From the NCBI GenBank assembly GCA_963755025.1, contig CAVWIH010000013.1, positions 69,026 through 133,025 of the forward strand: DNA of 64,000 nucleotides, in the 5' to 3' direction. Every line of letters begins with the position of its first letter. The first letter of the stretch is position 1. Position numbers and translations under genes: made by a program. The notes under the pieces were generated by a model. The model saw only the letters and a program-made list of their open reading frames with translations. It searched no databases and was not told the origin of the DNA. Of this stretch, positions 57,049-64,000 are shown one piece after another. The DNA is from an uncultured Actinomycetes bacterium (GTDB lineage: Bacteria; Actinomycetota; Thermoleophilia; UBA2241).

Positions 57049-58293
57049 GTGGAGCATCGTCCCACGCGTGCGGTCGGCGCCGCCGCCTTCTGGGTGGTCG
57101 CCGGCGTCTTTGTGGTGGGCATGGCCGGCGGCGCCCTGCCCACGCCGCTCTACCCGCTCTACCAGGCGCGCTTCGGCCTGTCGAACATCACGGTGACGAT
57201 CGTCTTCGCCGCCTACGCCGCCGGCGTGCTGAGCGCGCTGCTTGTCTTGGGCCGGCTCTCGGACAGCGCCGGGCGCAAGCCGGCCCTGCTGCTGGTGGCG
57301 GGCTTCGCCGCCGTCAGCACGCTCATCTTCTTGTTCGCCCAGGGCCTGCCCTGGCTGTTTGTCGGGCGTTTTGTGTCGGGCCTGGCCATAGGCACGCTGA
57401 CCGGCACGGCGACGGCCGCCCTGGCCGAGCTCGAGCCCCACGGCGACAAGCGCAAGGCGTCGCTCATCGCCGCCATGATCACGCCGGGGGGACTGGCGCT
57501 CGGCACGCTCGTGGCCGGCGCCCTGGCGCAGTACGGGCCGGCGCCGCTGCGCCTGGTCTACGGCGTCTACCTCGGCGCGCTCGTGGCGCTGGTCGCCGGC
57601 GTCGCGGCGCTGCCCGAGACGGTGCCGGCGGCGACCGGCCGCCTGGCCTTCCACGTGCAGCGTCTGCACGTGCCCGCCGACATCCGCAGGCCGTTCGCGG
57701 CCGCCGCCTTCGGCGTGTTCAGCGGCTTCGTCGTGATGGGCCTGCTCTCCGGCCTTGCGCCGTCGTTCCTGGGCGAGTCGTTACACGAGCACAACGTGTT
57801 CGTGGCGGGACTGCTCGTGTCGGTCATGTTCGGCGCCGCGGCGTCGGCGCCCCTCGTCGTGGGCCGCCGCGTCATCGGGACGGCCGCGCTGCTCGGAGTG
57901 GCCTGCGTGATCGCCGGTCTCACGCTCGTGCTGATCGCCCTGGCCACGCGTTCGCTGGCATCCTTCTTTGCCGGCGCGCTGGTGGTCGGCCTGGGGATCG
58001 GCTCGCTGTTTGCCGGCACGCTCGCCCTGATCAACCGCTACGCCCCGGCGGACCGGCGCGCCGAGGTGGTGTCGGCCTTCTTCGTGGCCGGCTACACCGG
58101 GCTGACGCTGCCGGTCGTAGGCGTGGGGATCGCCTCGGAGCACATCGGCGTGCTCACCGCGGCGGAGTGGCTTGCGGGGATGGTCGTGGTGCTCGCGCTG
58201 GCGGCGCTGCTGGGCATACGACGGGCCGCGGCGCGCGCCGCGCAGGCGCCGCCGGAGCAGCGCGGCGACGAGCGGGGGGCGCGGGCGGCGTAG
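57049..58293 (+). CDS. MFS transporter
   Basis: LPTPLYPLYQ, GRLSDSAGRKP, 12 TM; start uncertain. Confidence 0.9.
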   Translation: MEHRPTRAVGAAAFWVVAGVFVVGMAGGALPTPLYPLYQARFGLSNITVTIVFAAYAAGVLSALLVLGRLSDSAGRKPALLLVAGFAAVSTLIFLFAQGLPWLFVGRFVSGLAIGTLTGTATAALAELEPHGDKRKASLIAAMITPGGLALGTLVAGALAQYGPAPLRLVYGVYLGALVALVAGVAALPETVPAATGRLAFHVQRLHVPADIRRPFAAAAFGVFSGFVVMGLLSGLAPSFLGESLHEHNVFVAGLLVSVMFGAAASAPLVVGRRVIGTAALLGVACVIAGLTLVLIALATRSLASFFAGALVVGLGIGSLFAGTLALINRYAPADRRAEVVSAFFVAGYTGLTLPVVGVGIASEHIGVLTAAEWLAGMVVVLALAALLGIRRAAARAAQAPPEQRGDERGARAA

Positions 58294-58312
58294 CCGCCCG
58301 CGCCCCCCGCCG

Positions 58313-59053
58313 TCACGCCTTGGGGGCGGCGTCGCTCGCGGCCTGCGCGCCGGTGTCGAGCCCGGCGGCGAGCTCGCGGAAGGCGGCGCTCGCGCCGTGG
58401 CGCAGCGGGCGGCCGTGGGCGAAGCAGGCGACGTCGAACTCGAGGGCGGCGAGGCGCGCCAGGCTGCGGCGGCTGCCCTCGACGTCTTCGTTCAGGGGGC
58501 TGAGGCCGGTGCGGAAGGTGTTCGATACGGCGTCGCCCACGAACAGCACGCCGCCGTCGCGCGGCAGGAGCAGGGCGAGGTGGCCGGCGCTGTGGCCCGG
58601 CGTGTGATAGGCGCGCAGACCGTCGAAGGGCAGTTCGTCGCCGTCGGCCACCTGATGGGCGACCGCGACCGGCTCGAGCCTGCCTTCGGGAGCCGCGTTC
58701 AGCACGCGTCGCAAGGCGTCGGTCGCGCGACTTGTGCCCGGGCCGAACGGACGGTGGGGCAGCGCGCCCTCGACGAGGGTGGCGTCGCTGGCGTGCATCC
58801 ATACTTCGGCGCCGGTGCGGCGCTTCATCTCGGCGAGGCCGCCTGTGTGGTCGCGATGCGCGTGGGTGACCACGATGGCCACGACGTCTTGCGGCAGCCG
58901 GCCCATGGAGTAGATCGCCTCGGTGATCTGCGGTGGGCTGTTCTTGAGGCCGGCATCGATCAGCACGAGCTTGTCGTTGGCTTCGACCAGGAACACGCTG
59001 ACGCCTCGCAGGGGTATCCGGTACACGCCGCGAGCGACTTCGTCTACCTTCAT
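58313..59053 (-). CDS. MBL-fold metallo-hydrolase
   Basis: THAHRDHTGG, TPGHSAGH, GDA, FAHG. Confidence 0.92.
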   Translation of the reverse strand: MKVDEVARGVYRIPLRGVSVFLVEANDKLVLIDAGLKNSPPQITEAIYSMGRLPQDVVAIVVTHAHRDHTGGLAEMKRRTGAEVWMHASDATLVEGALPHRPFGPGTSRATDALRRVLNAAPEGRLEPVAVAHQVADGDELPFDGLRAYHTPGHSAGHLALLLPRDGGVLFVGDAVSNTFRTGLSPLNEDVEGSRRSLARLAALEFDVACFAHGRPLRHGASAAFRELAAGLDTGAQAASDAAPKA

Positions 59054-59110
59054 GGGCCCTCCCTCGAGCAGTGGTCGAACACGCATCATACCCTTCACGG
59101 CCTGCGACTC

Positions 59111-59165
59111 TCTCAGTATCTTCCCAGTCTCTTCTCAGCAGGGGTTTTGCTTCTAGCCGCAGACT
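59111..59165 (+). promoter_or_regulatory. Triple MprA-type box plus candidate -10
   Basis: TCTCAG-N5-TCCCAG-N5-TCTCAG at 59111-59138, CAGACT at 59160. Confidence 0.55.
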
Positions 59166-59262
59166 GACACAATACTAGTGAGCGCCGCTGTGGCGCGCGT
59201 CGGGGAGGTCGAGCAATGACGGGGAGCGTCGCGTACCTGGGACGGTCTGTGCAGGTGGGGTC

Positions 59263-60432
59263 TTGAGCGTACCCGCTCGCTACCGCCGACGCAGGGCCTT
59301 TGCGGTCGCGCTGGCCGCGGCCGCGGCCGCGACCCTGATCGGCTTTGCCGTGCGCGCCCACGCGCACAGCATCTCCGAGGGCACGGCCCGGGGGGCGTCC
59401 GCCATCTCGGTGGCGGCCGTCGCTGCACCGGCGACCGTTGGGCTGGGCGCCGCCAGAGTCTGGCGCGGCGCCCGGGCGAGTCTGCGCTTTCGCGTGTCGT
59501 ACCCGGCGGCGACCACGGTGACCGCCACCCTCGAGGTGAGCAACGCGTCGGGCGGCGCCGTCGAGACCATCGCCCTGGGCGACGTGCGCGCGAACGGCGT
59601 GGTCCGCGCCCGTTTTGTCGCGAACCTGCGGCCGGGCACGTACAGGTGCAGTCTGCTGGCAAGCGCGCCCGGCGCGGACGCCGTCGCGACCGCCACGACG
59701 ACGGCGGCGACCGCGGCCACGCCGGCCACGCCGGTCGTGCGTCAGGCCTTTCCGTCGCCCGCGGCCATCGCTTCCGCCACGAAGTGGCTGCGGGCGCGCA
59801 CCGGCGTCACCGCCTTCGCCGTGGTCGACAGTCGCGGCGTGCTGCACGGCTACAACCCCGACGAGCAGTTCGTCACGGCCAGCGTGGTCAAGGCCATGCT
59901 GTTGGTCGCCTACCTGCGCACCTACGCGACGCTCAGCGACTCGGCGGCCGCGGAGCTGACCGAGATGATCGAGATCTCCGACAACGACGACGCTTTCGAG
60001 ATGTACCGCATCCTCGGCAGTCAGGGCATGTACGCCGTTGCGGAGGCCGCCGGCATGACCCGGTTCTCGCTGCCCACCGACGACTGGACCTTCGCCGAGA
60101 TCACGCCGGCCGACCAGGCTCGCTTCTTCTACGAGATGGATCGCCTGATCCCGGCGCGCTACGACGCCTTTGCGCGCCACCTGCTCTCCCACGTCGCCGC
60201 CTACGAGAGCTGGGGCATCCCGGCGGTGGCTCGCCCCGCCGGCTGGACCGTGTTCTTCAAGGGCGGCTGGCGCGGCACGGTGCGCGGGCAGCTCGTTCAC
60301 CAGGTCGCCCGGCTCGAGCGCAACGGCCAGACGATCGCGATCGCCGTCATGACCGACGGCGACCCCGACATGGACTACGGCATCGCCACCATCCAGGGCG
60401 TCGCTGCACGGTTGCTGGGGGTCGCCCGATGA
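59263..60432 (+). CDS. Secreted class-A beta-lactamase-fold serine hydrolase with N-terminal Ig-like domain
   Basis: Signal peptide; ASVVK, ISDN, FKGGW motifs. Confidence 0.85.
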   Translation: MSVPARYRRRRAFAVALAAAAAATLIGFAVRAHAHSISEGTARGASAISVAAVAAPATVGLGAARVWRGARASLRFRVSYPAATTVTATLEVSNASGGAVETIALGDVRANGVVRARFVANLRPGTYRCSLLASAPGADAVATATTTAATAATPATPVVRQAFPSPAAIASATKWLRARTGVTAFAVVDSRGVLHGYNPDEQFVTASVVKAMLLVAYLRTYATLSDSAAAELTEMIEISDNDDAFEMYRILGSQGMYAVAEAAGMTRFSLPTDDWTFAEITPADQARFFYEMDRLIPARYDAFARHLLSHVAAYESWGIPAVARPAGWTVFFKGGWRGTVRGQLVHQVARLERNGQTIAIAVMTDGDPDMDYGIATIQGVAARLLGVAR

Positions 60433-61790
60433 GCGCCCGGCGCGGTGCCGCAGGGCACCCCTGGGCCGCCGTGGCGGGCGCTGCCGTCGTGGCCTTGGCC
60501 ACGTTGGTGCTGGCCGCCGCGCTGGCCGGCTGCGGAGGCGTGGCCACGGCCGGCCCGGCGGTCACCGCATCGCCCTCGAGCACGCCTCTCGCGGCGAGCC
60601 CCACGCCGGTGGTGGCGGTCAAGGTGGCAGCGGTCGCGCCGCATTCCGGGGCGCAGAACGTGTCGTACGCGAGCAAGCTCGTGGTGCGCTTCTCTACCGC
60701 GCTGGCGGCGCGCACCGCCCACCCCAGGCTCACGCCCAAGGTGCGCGGCTCCTGGAAGGCGGTCTCGCCCACCACGCTGGTCTTTCGCCCGGCGGGCCAC
60801 TGGCCGCTCCTCACGACCGTGCAGGTGACCGTCCCGGCCGGCCGCTGGGGCATGCGCAGCAGCAGCGGGGGCCGACTGGCCAAGAAGTACACGACGTGGT
60901 TCACGGTAGGCGGAGCCTCAGTGCTGCGCCTGCAGCAGCTGCTCGCCGATCTCGGGTACCTGCCGCTGCGCTTTCGGGCCAGTCACGCTGCCCAGGCGAG
61001 CGCCGCGCAGACGAGCTCCGCACCGACGAGCGCCGCGCAGACGAGCGCTTCGCCGGCGGCTGTGGCCTCGCCGAGCGCCGCCGCCTCGCCGGGCGCCGCG
61101 GCTTCGCCAAACGCGACGAGCTCGCCGAGCGCATCGGCCTTGCCGCCGACCGCCGCCTCGCCGGCCGCGCCCTCGAAGCACCACGCAACGAGCGCCGACC
61201 TGGTGTCCGTGGCCATCCAGAAGGGCGCCTTCACCTGGCGGTATCCGCAGCTCGCCAAGCTGATCCGCGGCTTGTGGCAGCCGGGCCAGTACACCGTGCT
61301 CACGCGGGGGGCGGTCATGGCCTTCGAAGCCGACCACGGCCTCCCGTCTGACGGCGTGGTCGGCGCCCAGGTGTGGGAGACGCTCCTGCAGACGGTGGCC
61401 CGTCACAAGGCCGTCAAGCACGACTATGACTACCTCGACGTCTCGATGGCGCTCCCTGAGACGCTGCGCGTGTGGCGCAACGGGCGCGTCGTGTATTCGA
61501 CGGCCGTCAACACCGGCATCGCCAGCCGGCCGACGGCGGCGGGCACGTTCCCCGTGTACGCGCGCTACCTGTCGACCACGATGAGCGGCACCAACCCCGA
61601 CGGCACCAAGTACAACGACCCCGGCGTGCCTTACGTCGCCTACTTCAACGGGGGCGACGCTGTGCACGGCTTCATCCGCGGCTCGTATGGCTGGCCGCAG
61701 AGCCTGGGTTGCGTCGAGCTGCCCTACAGCGCCGCCTCGGTGGTCTTCAACTTCGATCCCATCGGCACGCTGGTAGGGGTCCACTTCTGA
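60429..61790 (+). CDS. L,D-transpeptidase lipoprotein (Ig, PG-binding, YkuD)
   Basis: LAGC lipobox, LQQLLADLGY..DGVVG PG-binding motif, VHG..SLGCV catalytic motif; ATGA overlap. Confidence 0.9.
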   Translation: MSARRGAAGHPWAAVAGAAVVALATLVLAAALAGCGGVATAGPAVTASPSSTPLAASPTPVVAVKVAAVAPHSGAQNVSYASKLVVRFSTALAARTAHPRLTPKVRGSWKAVSPTTLVFRPAGHWPLLTTVQVTVPAGRWGMRSSSGGRLAKKYTTWFTVGGASVLRLQQLLADLGYLPLRFRASHAAQASAAQTSSAPTSAAQTSASPAAVASPSAAASPGAAASPNATSSPSASALPPTAASPAAPSKHHATSADLVSVAIQKGAFTWRYPQLAKLIRGLWQPGQYTVLTRGAVMAFEADHGLPSDGVVGAQVWETLLQTVARHKAVKHDYDYLDVSMALPETLRVWRNGRVVYSTAVNTGIASRPTAAGTFPVYARYLSTTMSGTNPDGTKYNDPGVPYVAYFNGGDAVHGFIRGSYGWPQSLGCVELPYSAASVVFNFDPIGTLVGVHF

Positions 61791-61865
61791 CGCGGGGCCG
61801 GCGCGGGCGCCGGCGACCCTCAAACCCTCGCGCCGACGGCCCTCGGCTGTCGCGCCGGCGACCCT

Positions 61866-62517
61866 CTACACAGCCGCCTTGGCGCTCGCCCTGGCGAACT
61901 CGGCTACCGCGGACTCGGTCAGCGGGTGGGCCGGCAGCGCGCGCAGCACGTCGAGCGGCGCGGTGATGTCGTGCGAGCCGTGGACGACCGAGTCGACCAC
62001 CTGCGCGGCGCTCTTGAGGCTGGCGGCCAGGATGCGGGTGTCGCTGTGCACGGCGCTGAGCACAGCGGCGAGCGCATCGACGACCACGAGGCCGCCGACC
62101 GACTGGCGGGCCGCCCTGTCGACGTAGGGGATCACCCAGATGCAGCCGACTTCGTGGGCGAGCAGCGCCTGGGCCGGCGAGTAGACGGCCGTGAGGGCGC
62201 AGCGGACGTCCTCGGCGGCGCAGGATACCGGCCACGCGCACGGCGTCGAGCGTGGCCGGCAGCTTGATCACGATACGCTCTGGGGCGAGCGCGTGCGCGG
62301 CGCGTCCCTGGTCGGTCATGTCGGACACCGAGCTCGCCGTGGGCTGGTAGCACAGCGGGCCGTGCGGGAAGGCGGCCAGCAGACGATCGAGGTGGGCAAG
62401 AGGCTCGTCGGTCACGCGGGCCATGAGCGTGGGGTTGGTCGTGATGCCGCTGACGAAGCCGAGCTCGGCGGCCTCCGACGCGTCTTTCAGAGATGCTGAG
62501 TCAAGCAGGATCGCCAT
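61866..62517 (-). CDS. Transaldolase/fructose-6-phosphate aldolase family protein, frameshift near 62215
   Basis: LLDSA, GITTNPTL, IKLP (Schiff-base Lys), IPYVDR, ILAASLK. Confidence 0.88.
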
Positions 62518-62649
62518 GGCGGTGGTTCCCTTCGGTTCGCGGGCTCGTGCCACCGGGGCCGCCGTAGCGCCCCGGACAGAGGTCGTCGCAAACACTCCCA
62601 CTATCGGCCCGTCGCTTCAAGCCGGGGGCGAGGTCGATCCGCTCGGTCC

Positions 62650-62710
62650 AGGCGCCGAAGCCGCCGAAGCCGCCGGGTTCAGGCGCCGAAGCCGCCGGGT
62701 TCAGACGCCG
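62650..62710. repeat. Nested short tandem repeats after the TetR stop
   Basis: caggcgccgaagccgccg(aagccgccg)ggttca repeated. Confidence 0.65.
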
Positions 62711-63325
62711 TCGCGAGCGGCCGGCGCCGGCGCCGTCTTGCCGATACGCAGCACGTCGTTGATGGCGTCGATCACCTCGCTCTGCAGCTCGTCGGCCGGC
62801 ACGTCGATGAACGCTTTGCCGACCAATAACCCCAGGACGCCCATGACGAGACCGACGGCGCCGGCCATGCGCACGCGGTCGGACAGCGGCATCGCCTCGT
62901 TGGTGAACACGGCGTTCAGGCGCTCGTGCATGAACTCGTGCGTCGGCGCTGCCGTGGCCCGCCATCATCTTCTCGGTGATCGCGCGTGCCGGGCCCTGGT
63001 TGTTCTCGAGGAGCTCGAACAGGCGGCGCTGCGGCAGCACCCACTGGACGAGCGTCGTCAGGCCTGCGCTCCACGCTTCGAGGCTCGGCCGTTCGTTGAT
63101 CAGGGCCATGGCCTGGCTCTGCAGTTCGAGGACCGGCTGCATGAGCGTGCGGAGGATCTCTTCTTTGCTGGCGAAGTGGTAGTACAGCGCGGCCTTGGTG
63201 ACGCCGACGCGCTCGGCGATCTCGCGCAGCGACGCCTTGTCGTAGCCCTGCTCTATGAACAGGTCGAGGGCGGTCTGCAGAATGCGTTCGCGGGTGTCGT
63301 TCATCACTGCCTTCTTGCTTGACAT
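62701..63325 (-). CDS. TetR family transcriptional regulator, frameshift near 62945
   Basis: TRERIL..ALDLFIEQGY..SLREIAERVGVTKAALYYHFASKEE; C-terminus in ORF 62701..62931. Confidence 0.9.
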
Positions 63326-63339
63326 CCGGTAGAATCTCA

Positions 63340-63380
63340 CTTACCGTACGGTCAGTCAATTCTACTGACCGACCGGTAGG
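63340..63380. promoter_or_regulatory. Paired palindromic TetR operators between divergent tetR and ABC genes
   Basis: cttaccgtacggtcagt ... actgaccgaccggtagg; each is palindromic and they are mutually inverted. Confidence 0.7.
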
Positions 63381-63388
63381 GTGCCACG

Positions 63389-64000
63389 ATGAACCAGCAG
63401 ATGATGATCGAGGCCGCGGCGCTGTCAAAGCGCTACGGCGAGACCCAGGCGCTCGACAAGGTCGACCTCGAGGTGCCCGCCGGGTCGATCCTCGGGGTCC
63501 TGGGCCCCAACGGCGCCGGCAAGACCACGGGCGTGCGCATTCTGACCACCCTGACCGCGCCCGACAGCGGCCGCGCCTGGGTGGCCGGCCACGACGTCGT
63601 CAGCGAGGCGCCCGCGGTGCGCCGCAAGATCGGCGTGACCGGCCAGGACGCCACGCTCGACGAGGCGCTCACCGGGCCGCCAGAACCTGGTCATGGTGGG
63701 CCAGCTCAGCCGCCTGCGGCGCTCGCAGGCGCGCAGCCGGGCCGCCGAGCTGCTCGGCCTGTTCGAGCTCGACGACGCCGCCGACCGCGTGGTCAAGGGC
63801 TACTCCGGCGGCATGCGCCGCCGCCTCGACCTGGCCGCCAGCCTGGTCATGCGGCCCCCGGTCCTCTTTCTGGACGAGCCCACCACCGGCCTCGACCCCA
63901 CCGAGCCGGCAGCGCATGTGGGGCGTGATCCGCGGCCTGGTCGGCGAGGGCGTCACCCTCTGGCTCACCACCCAGTACTTCGACGAGGCCGACGCCCTGG
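63389..64000 (+). CDS. DrrA-like ABC exporter ATP-binding protein (frameshifts near 63675 and 63905; runs off window)
   Basis: [31 protein letters not shown]. Confidence 0.9.

Noticed and set aside
59263-60432. True class A beta-lactamase resistance gene
   Set aside because: Has KGG rather than KTG and no recognisable omega-loop ExxLN; better called a beta-lactamase-fold hydrolase
3940-63910. Programmed frameshifting or mass pseudogenisation
   Set aside because: About a dozen isolated single-base indels in unrelated genes with intact motifs and no slippery-site pattern; long-read consensus error is more likely, though only reads can settle it

Overview
A very GC-rich bacterial chromosomal segment, most likely Actinomycetota of the Thermoleophilia/Rubrobacteria grade (inferred from gene content and protein style, not from a marker gene). 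It holds about 60 genes. I found no rRNA, tRNA, CRISPR array, transposase or prophage. Content: a xanthine-dehydrogenase-family operon, four c-di-GMP turnover genes, cell-wall enzymes (PBP2, a class-A-like serine hydrolase, an L,D-transpeptidase), many transporters (MFS, EamA, APC, two ABC systems and an orphan peptide-binding protein), secreted Ig-domain proteins, and a general-stress block (C2H2 finger, acidic protein, PLD, SRPBCC, ChaB, topoisomerase IB). About a dozen single-base frameshifts break otherwise intact genes and look like long-read assembly errors. Leading observations: (1) the Xdh flavoprotein has a complete GltD/NfnL-like NAD(P)H oxidoreductase inserted into its [4Fe-4S] loop; (2) a soluble protein with BldC-like HTH, GAF, HD-GYP, Cache-like and GGDEF domains; (3) the same sigma28/WhiG-like promoter (15-nt spacer) before three c-di-GMP genes; (4) a LuxI/FeeM-fold acyltransferase facing a GGDEF-EAL gene; (5) a basic Ig-like module shared by unrelated secreted proteins; (6) triple TCxCAG boxes before both peptidoglycan-remodelling loci; (7) many short tandem expansions at gene ends and linkers. 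All calls come from reading motifs by eye; no database searches were run, so novelty is unverified.
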